From Thermoanaerobaculia bacterium (GTDB lineage: Bacteria; Acidobacteriota; Thermoanaerobaculia; Gp7-AA8): a DNA stretch of 59,896 bases. This document shows positions 25,035 to 34,093 of this stretch, one piece after another. The stretch covers positions 1-59,896 of the forward strand of contig DASZZV010000207.1 of assembly GCA_035544835.1 (NCBI GenBank), read 5' to 3'. The position numbers and the translations under genes are program-made. The notes below the pieces were generated by a model. It ran no database searches, was not told where the DNA came from, and saw nothing but the letters and a program-made list of their open reading frames with translations. Within the stretch, counting starts at the first letter, position 1. Each line of letters begins with the position of its first letter.

Positions 25035-25721
25035 ATGAACTGCACCGTGATCATTCCCGCTGCCGGGAGCGGAGTGCGTTTCGGCGGCGAGGTTCCCAAG
25101 CAATACCTTCCCCTTGGCGGCCGCCCTCTCATCGTCTGGACGATCGATGTCTTCTTCCGGCACCCTGCAGTCGAGAGGATCATCGTGGCCGTCTCCGGGG
25201 AGCAGCTGGCGTCGATGCAGGAGATCGTCGATCACAATCGCTGGGGCAACGTGCGTCTGGTGAATGGTGGTGAGACGCGGCAGGATTCTGTCCGCAACGC
25301 CTTGAAGCTGGCGATCAAGTTGGGAGCGGAGTTGGTGGCTATTCATGACAGCGTGCGCCCGCTGTTCGCGGCCGAGGGGCTCGACCCGCTGCTCGAGGCA
25401 GCCTCGCAGGTGGGCGCCTCTCTGCCGGCGCTGCCACTGAGCGACACCATTCATCGTGTTCATGACCAGCAGATCGTTGAGACACTTGATCGCGGCGAGC
25501 TCGTGGCGGCGCAGACACCGCAATGTTTCCGGTCGGGGTTGTTGTCGCAGTCGCTCGATCGGGCCGCGGCCGAGAGCTTTTCGGGCACGGACGAAGCTGG
25601 CGTCTTCGCCCATTATGGTTTTCCCGTACGCGTTCTTCCTGGTGATCCGGGCAACATCAAGGTGACGCGCCCTGAGGACTGGAAGCTCGCCGAAGCACTG
25701 CTGGCCGGGAGAGATGCATGA
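25035..25721 (+). CDS. ispD: 2-C-methyl-D-erythritol 4-phosphate cytidylyltransferase
   Basis: 'VIIPAAGSGVRFG...PKQYL.L.G'. Confidence 0.9.
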   Translation: MNCTVIIPAAGSGVRFGGEVPKQYLPLGGRPLIVWTIDVFFRHPAVERIIVAVSGEQLASMQEIVDHNRWGNVRLVNGGETRQDSVRNALKLAIKLGAELVAIHDSVRPLFAAEGLDPLLEAASQVGASLPALPLSDTIHRVHDQQIVETLDRGELVAAQTPQCFRSGLLSQSLDRAAAESFSGTDEAGVFAHYGFPVRVLPGDPGNIKVTRPEDWKLAEALLAGRDA

Positions 25722-26206
25722 GTTTTCGCATTGGTCAAGGAGTCGACGTTCATCCGTTTGCCGAAGAGCGGCCGCTGATTCTCGGCGGCGTGCGCATTTC
25801 CGATCGCGGTGGTCTGGCCGGACACTCCGACGCCGATGCCGTGCTGCATGCAGTGGTCGATGCCATTCTGGGCGCGATCGGGAAAGGCGATATCGGTGAG
25901 TATTTCCCGTCGACGGAGCCGCGATGGCGTGGCGCTGAATCCCGAATTTTCATCGACGAGGCGGTTCGGCTGGTCAACGAGGCGGGTGGAACGATCGAGA
26001 ATGTCGATATCACCATCGTCGCCGAGGCGCCGAAGCTGGCGCCGCACCGCGCCGCCATGCGACAGTCGATTGCGGCACTGCTTTCGATCGAAGTGGACCG
26101 CGTGAATGTGAAAGCAACGACGACTGAGCATCTCGGTTTTCTCGGTCGCGGTGAGGGGATCTGCGCACTGGCAGTGGCCCTCGTGCGAATTGGCCCTCTT
26201 CTTTAG
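25718..26206 (+). CDS. ispF: 2-C-methyl-D-erythritol 2,4-cyclodiphosphate synthase
   Basis: 'RIGQGVDVH.F......LGGV.I....GL.GHSDADA..HA..DA.LGA'. ATGA overlap with ispD. Confidence 0.95.
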   Translation: MSFRIGQGVDVHPFAEERPLILGGVRISDRGGLAGHSDADAVLHAVVDAILGAIGKGDIGEYFPSTEPRWRGAESRIFIDEAVRLVNEAGGTIENVDITIVAEAPKLAPHRAAMRQSIAALLSIEVDRVNVKATTTEHLGFLGRGEGICALAVALVRIGPLL

Positions 26207-26235
26207 CGGCCGCCTTTTCCGTAGACTCGCGCTCC

Positions 26236-27747
26236 ATGACAGTTCGAGTGCGGTTCGCCCCCTCGCCTACGGGTCACCTCCATGTCGGTGGTGCCAGGAC
26301 GGCAATTTTCAACTGGCTCTTCGCCCGCCATCACGACGGTACATTCATCATTCGGGTCGAAGACACCGACGTGGCTCGTTCCACGCGCGAGTCGGAGGAG
26401 ATGGTCCTCGAGGATCTGCGCTGGCTGGGTCTGCTGTGGGACGAAGGTCCGGATGTCGGCGGCCCTCACGGCCCCTATCGTCAGTCCGAGCGCATGAAGC
26501 TGTACGCCGACTCTGCCGACGAGCTGCTGGCGAAGGGCATCGCCTATCGATGCTTCTGCGATGAGGCCACGCTGGAAGCGAAGCGCTCGGCGGCCGAAGA
26601 AGCGGGACGTCCGCCTCACTACGACCTCACCTGCTACCAGCTTCCTGCTGAAGAGATCCAACGGCACGTCGCTGCAGGAGACCTCTACGCGCTTCGATTC
26701 CATGTCCCGAAAGAGAAGGACCAGGCTGCCGGCGATGTGACCATTCACGACCTCATTCGGGGCGCGGTCACCTGGCGCGGCGACTCGCTCGGCGACTTCA
26801 TCATCCTCCGCTCCGACGGCATGCCGATCTACAACTTCTGCGTGGTCGTCGACGATCACGACATGAGGATCACGCACGTCATTCGCGCTGAAGAGCATCT
26901 GACCAACACGCATCGCCAGGTGCTGATCTACAGGGCACTGGGTTGGGAAGTTCCTCAATTCGCGCACGTCTCGCTGATCCTGGGGCAGGACCGCTCCAAG
27001 CTCTCGAAACGTCACGGCGCGACATCCGTCGCCGCCTACGCCGCGGACGGATTTCTGCCGGAGGCGATGGTCAACTACTTGACGCTGCTGGGCTGGACGC
27101 CGCCCGACGGGCAGGAGATCTTCTCCCGCGACTCCGCGGCCCGGGAGTTCTCCCTCGAGCGCGTCCATGCGGCTGCGGCTGTATTCGATCCGCAGAAATT
27201 CGCCTGGCTCAACGGACAATATATTCAGAAAACGGCCAACATCGATCTGCTCGACGCGGTTGCGCTTGGTCTGTCGGCGCCTGGCTGGTTGCGCGAGCGG
27301 TCAGCCGCGGCCGACGAGTGGATCGTCGAAGCGATCGAGCTCGTGAAGAAAGGCGCTACGCAGGTGACCGGGATCGCGCTCCAGCTGGCGTTCTTTTTCG
27401 AATGGAATGCGGCCGCAGTGGTGCGGGAGCCCGCCAACGCTGAGGTGCTGGCCGATCCGGGAGCTCTAGGCCTGATTCAGGCTCTTGCCGAGGATCTGGC
27501 CGCCAACGGCGCACCGCGTGATTCTGACCAGTATCACGCGCTTGCCGACCGGCTGAAGCAGACCACAGGCCGTAAAGGCAAAGGGCTCTTCATGCCGATT
27601 CGGATCGCGACGATGGGGAGCACGCACGGGCCGGAACTGCAGCGCGCTCTTCCGCTGATGGAGCGCGGAAGCGAGATTCCCGAATTCAAAATTGTCGCTC
27701 CGCTGGAGAGGACACGCCAGATGCTCGCCGAGGCTTCGAGATCGTGA
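26236..27747 (+). CDS. gltX: glutamate--tRNA ligase
   Basis: 'RFAPSPTGHLHVGGARTA' HIGH motif and 'KLSKRHG' KMSKS motif. Confidence 0.95.
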   Translation: MTVRVRFAPSPTGHLHVGGARTAIFNWLFARHHDGTFIIRVEDTDVARSTRESEEMVLEDLRWLGLLWDEGPDVGGPHGPYRQSERMKLYADSADELLAKGIAYRCFCDEATLEAKRSAAEEAGRPPHYDLTCYQLPAEEIQRHVAAGDLYALRFHVPKEKDQAAGDVTIHDLIRGAVTWRGDSLGDFIILRSDGMPIYNFCVVVDDHDMRITHVIRAEEHLTNTHRQVLIYRALGWEVPQFAHVSLILGQDRSKLSKRHGATSVAAYAADGFLPEAMVNYLTLLGWTPPDGQEIFSRDSAAREFSLERVHAAAAVFDPQKFAWLNGQYIQKTANIDLLDAVALGLSAPGWLRERSAAADEWIVEAIELVKKGATQVTGIALQLAFFFEWNAAAVVREPANAEVLADPGALGLIQALAEDLAANGAPRDSDQYHALADRLKQTTGRKGKGLFMPIRIATMGSTHGPELQRALPLMERGSEIPEFKIVAPLERTRQMLAEASRS

Positions 27748-28838
27748 AGCAGCAGGCCGGCTCGCTGGCCGGATGGGCTATCGACGCAGCGTATGGCATC
27801 CTCAAACCGCTGCTGTTTCGTCTTGACGCCGAGAATGCTCACGAGTTGCTGGCGGCGCAGATCGAGAGATGGCAGAGCACCCCGCCTTTTCTTCGAGCCT
27901 TGCGCGCAGTTTGTGGAGGGCCTGAGCGTGGAACCGAGGTGCTCGGACTTCATTTTCGAAATCCTCTCGGCATCGCGGCCGGTTTCGACAAGAACGGTCG
28001 GATGATCGCCTTTCTCGCAGAGCTCGGCTTTGGCTTCGTCGAGGTCGGCACCGTCACCCTTCGGCCCCAGCCCGGCAATCCCCGTCCACGCATGTTTCGT
28101 TTTCCGGAGGCGGGCGCGCTCGTGAATCGACTCGGATTCAACAATGAGGGCGCCGCTGCTCTCGTTCGCCGTGTGGAGAGCTACAAGGCGGGGTCGGCTG
28201 ATCCCGTTCCAGTCTTCGTCAACATCGGGAAGAACGCTACCGTGCCGATCGAGGAGGCGAGCTCCGATTACCTTGCCTGCTATGAGGTCGTCGGGCCGGT
28301 TGCCGACGCGATCGTGGTCAACGTGTCGTCGCCGAATACGGCATCGCTGCGCGATCTTCAGACAGCGGCACATTTGACGAAAATCCTCGACGTGCTGAGA
28401 TCGGCCCGTTCCCGCCGCGGCTTCAATCACCCCATCATTCTGAAGATCGCACCGGATCTAACCGATGAGCAGCTCGCGGCAATTGTCGAGGTGTCCCTGT
28501 CAGCCGCTGATGCCATTACCGCCACGAACACAACGATTGACAGGACCTCTCTACCGGAGGCGTCAGGCCTGCAGGGCGGACTCTCGGGAAGGCCGCTTCG
28601 CGAACGCGCCACCGGTATGATGCGCCGGCTCCGCCAGTTGGCCGGGCCGGACTACCCGTTGATCGGCGTCGGCGGGATTTTCGATGCTGCAGACGCGCGT
28701 GAGAGGATTGCCGCCGGCGCGAACCTCATTGAGGCTTACACCGGATTCATCTATCAGGGCCCGATGTTCGCGTCCCGAATCGTCGACGGTCTCGAACCGA
28801 AACGCCCTCACATGAAAAAAGAGCGAGACTACGCATGA
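27744..28838 (+). CDS. pyrD: dihydroorotate dehydrogenase (quinone), class 2
   Basis: 'FRNPLGIAAGFDKNG', 'GFGFVEVGTVT..PQ.GNP.PR.FR', 'NRLGFNN.G'. GTGA overlap with gltX. Confidence 0.9.
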   Translation: MKQQAGSLAGWAIDAAYGILKPLLFRLDAENAHELLAAQIERWQSTPPFLRALRAVCGGPERGTEVLGLHFRNPLGIAAGFDKNGRMIAFLAELGFGFVEVGTVTLRPQPGNPRPRMFRFPEAGALVNRLGFNNEGAAALVRRVESYKAGSADPVPVFVNIGKNATVPIEEASSDYLACYEVVGPVADAIVVNVSSPNTASLRDLQTAAHLTKILDVLRSARSRRGFNHPIILKIAPDLTDEQLAAIVEVSLSAADAITATNTTIDRTSLPEASGLQGGLSGRPLRERATGMMRRLRQLAGPDYPLIGVGGIFDAADARERIAAGANLIEAYTGFIYQGPMFASRIVDGLEPKRPHMKKERDYA

Positions 28839-29548
28839 TTATCTTTGGAGCAAATCCGGTCACGGAAGCGATTCGATCCCGCGCCGACCGCATTCGATAC
28901 ATCGCCGTCGCGAAATCCCTCGGCGGAAAGCTGCAGCGCCTGGTCGAGGAGGCCCGTGAAGCTGGGGTGGCCATTCGCTTTCTCGACACTCCGCAACTCG
29001 ACCGGATGACGAACAAGCAGGTTCACAACGGAGTCGCGGCCGACATCGCCGAAGCGGCGCTGCGCGATCTGCAGGCAATCATCGCCGACGGAGGTGAGGA
29101 GCCGGTCGTCTTCATCCTCGACGGAATTCAGGATCCTCAAAACCTTGGCGCGATCATCCGGGTGGCCGATTGCTTTGGTGTGACAGCCGTGGTCGTTCCG
29201 GAACATGACAGCGCCAGTGTCACCGGCGCCGCGGTCAAGGCCTCGGCGGGAGCGACAGAGTGGGTTCCCGTTTGCCAGGTGACGAATCTGTCGAGGACTA
29301 TCGAGGAGTTGAAGGCAGACGGTTTCTGGATCTACGGAGCGGAAGCCGCGGGCGATCCGGTGTCGGACGTCGATTTTCGCGGCAAGGTAGTGATCGTGCT
29401 GGGCAGCGAGGGCAAAGGCATTCGCCGGAATGTGCTGGAGCACTGCGATCGCCGCATCGCCATCCCGATGAAAGGTCATGTCGATTCACTCAACGTGGCT
29501 GCTGCGGCGGCTGTGATTGCCTACGAGGTTCAGCGCCAGAGGCGATGA
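28835..29548 (+). CDS. SpoU/TrmH-family 23S rRNA (guanosine-2'-O)-methyltransferase (RlmB-like)
   Basis: 'LDGIQDPQNLGAIIR', 'GSEGKGIR', 'IPM.G.V.SLNV..A'. ATGA overlap with pyrD. Confidence 0.85.
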   Translation: MIIFGANPVTEAIRSRADRIRYIAVAKSLGGKLQRLVEEAREAGVAIRFLDTPQLDRMTNKQVHNGVAADIAEAALRDLQAIIADGGEEPVVFILDGIQDPQNLGAIIRVADCFGVTAVVVPEHDSASVTGAAVKASAGATEWVPVCQVTNLSRTIEELKADGFWIYGAEAAGDPVSDVDFRGKVVIVLGSEGKGIRRNVLEHCDRRIAIPMKGHVDSLNVAAAAAVIAYEVQRQRR

Positions 29549-31533
29549 TCGAGATTCTTCTCGCGGCGTTCGTTCCTTGCGCCTTGGCAGGTTTTCTTGC
29601 CGTTGCGGCGCGTGACGTCGACCTCCGCAGGGCAACCCTGTTCTGGTTCATCCCTCTGACTCTTCTCTGGTTCTCCCCCTGCTGGCTCACGGGTTCTTCC
29701 CCGGCAGCATTCGATTACCTCGCGCAGGATTTGTATCCCTGGAAGGCGCTCGTACAAAACGGCTTCAGAGCCGGAAATGCTCTTCTCAGCGATCCGCCGC
29801 TGCAGTTCATCCCCTGGCGCGAAGTCGCCCGCATTTCGATCCTGCACGGTGAAATGCCGTATCTGAATCCCTTTGCAGGTGCTGGATCGATCTTGTGGGC
29901 GAACCCTCAGGCGGCGGTGCTGTTTCCTTTGACGCTCCTTGGGCTGCCCTTCTCATCATTCGCCTGGCCGCTGTTTTCAGCGACGGCAAAAGTGCTTTGC
30001 GGTCTCATGGCCTCCTATCTGTTTCTCAGGAGTGAGTCACTCTCCCAGCACGCGGCGATCTTTGGCGCGATCAGCTACGGCTTCTGTGCTTTCACAATCG
30101 CTTTTCTACTTTTTCCGCACACGAACGTCACGGTGCTGTTGCCGCTCCTTCTGTGGGGCATTGTCCAGAGCCGGCGAAGCTGGCGAGGAGCGGCGGCGTT
30201 CGCCGTGATCCTCTTTGTCATGCTCATCGGCGGACATCCCGAATCGGTGGTTCACATCGCGCTTCTGGCAATCCCGTTCGCAGTGGCGAGGGCGTGGGGA
30301 GATCGAGCGGCCTTACGGCGAATCTTTGCCGGCGGTCTGGTCGGATGCGCTCTGGCCGGGCCTGCTCTGATCCCATTCGCGGCCACGCTTCGGACCGGAG
30401 AGCGCCTGGAACGAATCGAGCGGCAGCGCGATCTGGCTGCACCGCCCCATCTGACCGTGGCGAATCTCGCCGGGTTCATCGCTCCCGCTCTTCTGTCGGA
30501 TCGAAGGTCACCGGACGCGGAAGAGAATTTCAATGAGGTGGCAACCCAGTATGTGGGCGTCATTGCGTTCATTCTGGCTATCGTCGCCATCGTGCGGGAG
30601 GCGCGCCGGCTTCGATTCTGGTGGGTGTCGTTTCTCTGTCTGCTGCCGCTCGCCTTCCGCTCTCCCCTTCTCGACTCGATTCCACTCGTCAATCTCGTTA
30701 TGAATGGCCGTATCCGGGTCATTCTCGGGTTCATCGTCGCCGTTCTCGCGGCGCAAGGCTTCGATGCCGTCATCAGGAAACGGGTGTGGCGGCTTGCGCT
30801 GCCGCTTCTGGCATTCGCCGATCTCGCTTTGCTGCTGGTGGCCTACAACACGCCGGTCGCGCCTGAGTTTTACTACGCTGCCACACCCGGATTGCGCTTT
30901 CTTGCCTCCCAGCCGGGACCGCTTCGATTCTGTGGGGTCGGTGGGGTCCTTCTCCCCAACACCGGCGCGATGTGGCGTCTGGAAGATGTTGGCGTGCACG
31001 ACCCGGTTGCGTTCGAGCAGTATCTGCAACTCCTCGAGAGGGGAGGTTACGATCGGCGCTTCTACTTCAACCTCTTTCATCGCATTCCGCCTCGGCCCCT
31101 TCTCGACCTGTTGGACGTCCGCTACGTGGTCGCACCGCCCGGTTACCGGTCGTCGGCGCTGCCGCTGGTCTACCGAGGTTCGGACGTGTCGATCTATTTC
31201 AACCGCGATGCCTCGGCAATTCACGCGACGAGCTCGCTGACTTTCGCGAAGAGGAGGATCGGGACCAATCACCTGTCGATCGCGGTGAAGAGTGTGTCGG
31301 CGGGGGAGATGTGGATCTCGCAGGCCGGGCTTCCGGGGTGGAGCCTCCTCAAAGACGGTCGTCATTGGCCGCTCACAGCGTCGCCGCTTCTGCGATGGAG
31401 GGTTCCTCCAGGCCCGAGCACCTTCGAGCTCAGTTACCTGCCTCCGGGATTGTCAGCGGGCTGCTGGCTGTTTGCCCTTGCTGGCGCCGCACTCCTGCTG
31501 ATGCTCGTTCGGCCCTCTTCGCAATCGGAATAA
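29545..31533 (+). CDS. YfhO-family (GT-C-like) polytopic membrane protein, paralog of 7157..9484
   Basis: Start at MIEILLAAF.. (ATGA overlap with the rlmB-like stop); the 757-aa ORF is a read-through. Shares the 'GHPES' motif and C-terminal architecture with the 7157 gene. Confidence 0.7.
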   Translation: MIEILLAAFVPCALAGFLAVAARDVDLRRATLFWFIPLTLLWFSPCWLTGSSPAAFDYLAQDLYPWKALVQNGFRAGNALLSDPPLQFIPWREVARISILHGEMPYLNPFAGAGSILWANPQAAVLFPLTLLGLPFSSFAWPLFSATAKVLCGLMASYLFLRSESLSQHAAIFGAISYGFCAFTIAFLLFPHTNVTVLLPLLLWGIVQSRRSWRGAAAFAVILFVMLIGGHPESVVHIALLAIPFAVARAWGDRAALRRIFAGGLVGCALAGPALIPFAATLRTGERLERIERQRDLAAPPHLTVANLAGFIAPALLSDRRSPDAEENFNEVATQYVGVIAFILAIVAIVREARRLRFWWVSFLCLLPLAFRSPLLDSIPLVNLVMNGRIRVILGFIVAVLAAQGFDAVIRKRVWRLALPLLAFADLALLLVAYNTPVAPEFYYAATPGLRFLASQPGPLRFCGVGGVLLPNTGAMWRLEDVGVHDPVAFEQYLQLLERGGYDRRFYFNLFHRIPPRPLLDLLDVRYVVAPPGYRSSALPLVYRGSDVSIYFNRDASAIHATSSLTFAKRRIGTNHLSIAVKSVSAGEMWISQAGLPGWSLLKDGRHWPLTASPLLRWRVPPGPSTFELSYLPPGLSAGCWLFALAGAALLLMLVRPSSQSE

Positions 31534-31636
31534 GTTGCCGCTTGCGCCCCGTTAGCCTCTCTGCTATAAGGCACAGTTCTCCGCGTCTCTCCGGCAGAGA
31601 GTGGAGGTCTGTCTCTTTTTTTCTTTGAATAAGTAA

Positions 31637-31711
31637 GCTGGCGTAGCTCAGTGGTAGAGCAGCTGATTTGTAATCAGCAGGTCGCGGGTTCGATCCCCAT
31701 CGCCAGCTCCA
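31637..31711 (+). tRNA. tRNA-Thr (anticodon TGT)
   Basis: Cloverleaf by hand: acceptor GCTGGCG/CGCCAGC, anticodon loop TTTGTAA, encoded CCA. One C-A mismatch in the T stem (GCGGG/CCCAT). Confidence 0.85.
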
Positions 31712-31714
31712 GAA

Positions 31715-31788
31715 AGGCGGATGTTGGATGTTCGATGTTAGAGATTTGCAGGTTCTAGCATCCACCATCAAGCATCCAACATCCGCCT
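31715..31788. repeat. heptamer-arm hairpin element (family B, unit GGATGTT)
   Basis: Left arm aggc ggatgtt ggatgtt cgatgtt; right arm ..catcaagcatccaacatccgcct is complementary. Confidence 0.8.
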
Positions 31789-31791
31789 CTC

Positions 31792-31878
31792 GGAGAGATT
31801 GCTGAGCGGCCAAAGGCAGCAGACTGTAAATCTGCCGGACTTCGTCCTTCGCAGGTTCGAATCCTGCTCTCTCCACCA
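31792..31878 (+). tRNA. tRNA-Tyr (anticodon GTA)
   Basis: Acceptor GGAGAGA/TCTCTCC, anticodon loop CTGTAAA, long variable arm, encoded CCA. Confidence 0.9.
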
Positions 31879-31887
31879 GTTAAAAAC

Positions 31888-31939
31888 AGATGTTGGATGG
31901 TAGATGTCAGTTCGAAGCGGTTGATTGGATCTGACATCT
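31888..31939. repeat. heptamer-arm hairpin element (family B, unit AGATGTT/GGATGGT/AGATGTC)
   Basis: Three tandem heptamers, then a 9-bp stem AGATGTCAG (31902..31910) / CTGACATCT (31931..31939). Confidence 0.65.
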
Positions 31940-31953
31940 GGGACCTGAAGTAA

Positions 31954-32028
31954 GCGGGAGTAACTCAGTGGTAGAGTCACAGCCTTCCAAGCTGTTGGTC
32001 GCGGGTTCGATCCCCGTCTCCCGCTCCA
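31954..32028 (+). tRNA. tRNA-Gly (anticodon TCC)
   Basis: Acceptor GCGGGAG/CTCCCGC, anticodon loop CTTCCAA, encoded CCA. Confidence 0.9.
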
Positions 32029-32029
32029 A

Positions 32030-32128
32030 GTTGAGACGAATTGAGAATTGAGAATTGACAATTGAGAAAGAAGGCAGCGTGAGGATGGGGTTTTATTTCT
32101 CAATTCCCCATTTTTCAATTCTCAATTC
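32030..32128. repeat. heptamer-arm hairpin element (family B, unit GAATTGA)
   Basis: Left arm ttgagac gaattga gaattga gaattga caattga gaaag. The right arm tttctcaatt..tcaattctcaattc pairs as 10 + 14 bp. Confidence 0.8.
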
Positions 32129-32143
32129 CGCGATAAGCGGTAA

Positions 32144-32218
32144 GCCCTCTTAGCTCAGGGGTAGAGCACGTCCTTGGTAAGGACGGGGTCACGAGTTCAA
32201 CTCTCGTAGAGGGCTCCA
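32144..32218 (+). tRNA. tRNA-Thr (anticodon GGT)
   Basis: Acceptor GCCCTCT/AGAGGGC, anticodon loop TTGGTAA, encoded CCA. Confidence 0.9.
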
Positions 32219-32230
32219 TTGAATAGAAGC

Positions 32231-32312
32231 GAATTGAGAATTGAGAAAGAGAGAATTGAGAAATAGGAGCCGTTTTTCTTTCTCAATTCTCAATTCTCAA
32301 TTCTCAATTCTC
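32231..32312. repeat. heptamer-arm hairpin element (family B, unit GAATTGA)
   Basis: Left arm (gaattga)n..gagaattgagaaa; right arm tttctcaattctc(aattctc)n. Pairs as 13 + 15 bp around a bulge. Ends just before the rpmG SD. Confidence 0.85.
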
Positions 32313-32325
32313 CGAAGGAGTAGCT

Positions 32326-32484
32326 ATGGCAGCAGTCAGGGAAATCATCTCGCTTCAGTGCACGGAATGTAAGCGTCGGAATTACTCGACGACTAAGAAC
32401 AAGAAGAAGACCACGGACAAGGTCGAGAAGAAGAAGTTCTGCCGTTACGACCGCAAGCATACGGTTCATCGCGAAGCCAAGTGA
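32326..32484 (+). CDS. rpmG: 50S ribosomal protein L33
   Basis: Hand-translated 52 aa: MAAVREIISLQCTECKRRNYSTTKNKKKTTDKVEKKKFCRYDRKHTVHREAK. GAAGGAG SD. Below the ORF-track length cutoff. Confidence 0.9.
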   Translation: MAAVREIISLQCTECKRRNYSTTKNKKKTTDKVEKKKFCRYDRKHTVHREAK

Positions 32485-32507
32485 CGCAAGCCGCGTGAGC
32501 GGCGAGC

Positions 32508-32544
32508 GTCATCCTGAGGAGCGCGAAGCGCGACGAAGGATCTT
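32508..32544. repeat. family-A element, left arm only (half element)
   Basis: GTCATCCTGAGGAGCGCGAAGCGCGACGAAGGATCTT is nearly identical to the left arm at 40641..40678. No matching right arm before tRNA-Trp. Confidence 0.75.
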
Positions 32545-32570
32545 CAACGAGGCAGCAGTTGATCTAACAC

Positions 32571-32647
32571 AGGCCAGTAGCTCGAACTGGTAGAGCAGCG
32601 GTCTCCAAAACCGCGGGTTGGGGGTTCGAATCCCTCCTGGCCTGCCA
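32571..32647 (+). tRNA. tRNA-Trp (anticodon CCA)
   Basis: Acceptor AGGCCAG/CTGGCCT, anticodon loop CTCCAAA, encoded CCA. Confidence 0.9.
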
Positions 32648-32708
32648 ATTCGTTGATCGGGTTCTACGACGAGCAACGGGTCACGAGCAACGAGGTAACG
32701 GGGTAAAC

Positions 32709-32939
32709 ATGGAACTGGTAGAAACACCGAAGAAATGGTGGCTTGGGATGGGCGATTTCTATCGCGAGACCAAGTCGGAGATGAAGAAGGTTTCCTGGCC
32801 CTCGCGCCACGAGGTGGTCTCGACGACGACGGTCGTGATTGTTGCCACGATTATGTTCGGTGTCTATCTCTGGGTCTGTGACGTGACCTTCTACAAAATC
32901 ATCGACTACATCTTCAGGCGGTTCGGGATGGGTGCATAA
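32709..32939 (+). CDS. secE: preprotein translocase subunit SecE
   Basis: 'FYRETKSEMKKVSWPSR.EV' plus a single TM segment. Canonical position before nusG. Confidence 0.9.
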   Translation: MELVETPKKWWLGMGDFYRETKSEMKKVSWPSRHEVVSTTTVVIVATIMFGVYLWVCDVTFYKIIDYIFRRFGMGA

Positions 32940-32943
32940 CCTT

Positions 32944-33531
32944 ATGGTAGAGACGGGCAGCAAGCAGTGGTACATCGTCCACACTTACTCGGGCTTCGAA
33001 GAGCGGGTGAAGGAGAACCTCGAGCAGCGCATCGAGGCGCTGGGTATGCGCGAGAAGTTCGGCGAGGTGCGCATTCCCACCGAGACCCTCATCGAGATGA
33101 AGGGCGGGAAAAAGAAGGAAGTGCAGCGTAAGTTCTTTCCCGGCTACATCCTTCTGGAGATGGAGATGTCCGATGACGGCTGGCATCTCGTCAAGAACAC
33201 TCCCAAGGTCACCGGCTTTGTCGGTACGGGGAAGAAGCCGACGCCGCTGACGCAGGAAGAGGTCGACTCGATCCTCAACCAGGTCGTGTCGACCAAAGAG
33301 AAGCCGAAGCCCAAGCACGTTTACGAGCACGGCGAGCACGTGCGGATCATCGACGGTCCGTTCACGAACTTCACCGGCGTGGTCGAGGACGTCAATGTCG
33401 ACCGTAGCACGCTGCGGGTCATGGTTACGATCTTTGGCCGGTCCACCCCGGTGGAGCTCGATTTTCTTCAGGTGGCGAAGTTCGACCCGTCGGAAGAAGC
33501 GGCCGCGGGCGGAGCAGGAAAGGGTAGATAA
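32944..33531 (+). CDS. nusG: transcription termination/antitermination factor NusG
   Basis: '[14 protein letters not shown]', 'FPGYILLEM', KOW 'V.I.DGPF..F.G.V'. ATG 32944 preferred; GTG 32932 is possible. Confidence 0.95.
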   Translation: MVETGSKQWYIVHTYSGFEERVKENLEQRIEALGMREKFGEVRIPTETLIEMKGGKKKEVQRKFFPGYILLEMEMSDDGWHLVKNTPKVTGFVGTGKKPTPLTQEEVDSILNQVVSTKEKPKPKHVYEHGEHVRIIDGPFTNFTGVVEDVNVDRSTLRVMVTIFGRSTPVELDFLQVAKFDPSEEAAAGGAGKGR

Positions 33532-33537
33532 ACAGGA

Positions 33538-33633
33538 TTGTCATCCTGAGCCGCAGCGAAGGATCTCCAGTGGCAGGATCTGAATTCAGATCGTACGCAC
33601 CTTGAGATCCTTCGCTGCGGCTCAGGATGACAA
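33538..33633. repeat. family-A hairpin element
   Basis: TTGTCATCCTGAGCCGCAGCGAAGGATCT ... AGATCCTTCGCTGCGGCTCAGGATGACAA. The centre holds the palindrome GATCTGAATTCAGATC. Confidence 0.85.
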
Positions 33634-33657
33634 GAACTCGAGATAAGGGTTAAGAAC

Positions 33658-34083
33658 ATGGCTAAAAAAGTTACCGGATACATCAAGCTCCAGATCCCCG
33701 CCGGCAAGGCTACGCCTGCTCCTCCCGTGGGACCGGCCCTGGGCCAGCATGGCGTGAATATCATGGAGTTCTGCAAGACCTTCAATGCCCGGACTCAGAA
33801 GGATGACGGACTCATCATCCCGGTCGTGATCACGGTGTTTCAGGATCGCTCCTTTACCTTCATCACCAAGACGCCGCCGGCAGCCGTTCTTCTTCTCCGC
33901 GCCGCGGGGATCCAGAAGGGTTCGGGCACGCCCAATAAGCTGAAGGTCGGAAAGGTCACGAAGAAACAGGTCGAGGACATCGCCAAGCTGAAGATGCCGG
34001 ATCTGAATGCCGCCTCGATCGAGACCGCGGTCAAGACCGTCGAAGGCACGGCGCGCTCCATGGGTTTGGAAGTCATCGGCTGA
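33658..34083 (+). CDS. rplK: 50S ribosomal protein L11
   Basis: [40 protein letters not shown].. Confidence 0.95.
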   Translation: MAKKVTGYIKLQIPAGKATPAPPVGPALGQHGVNIMEFCKTFNARTQKDDGLIIPVVITVFQDRSFTFITKTPPAAVLLLRAAGIQKGSGTPNKLKVGKVTKKQVEDIAKLKMPDLNAASIETAVKTVEGTARSMGLEVIG

Positions 34084-34093
34084 CGCCGCCCGA

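Noticed and set aside
24297-25613. 438-aa minus-strand ORF spanning frr, the heptamer element and ispD.
   Set aside because: It is antisense to two well-supported genes. It includes translated repeat (..FEFRISNFEFKK..). No domain signal.
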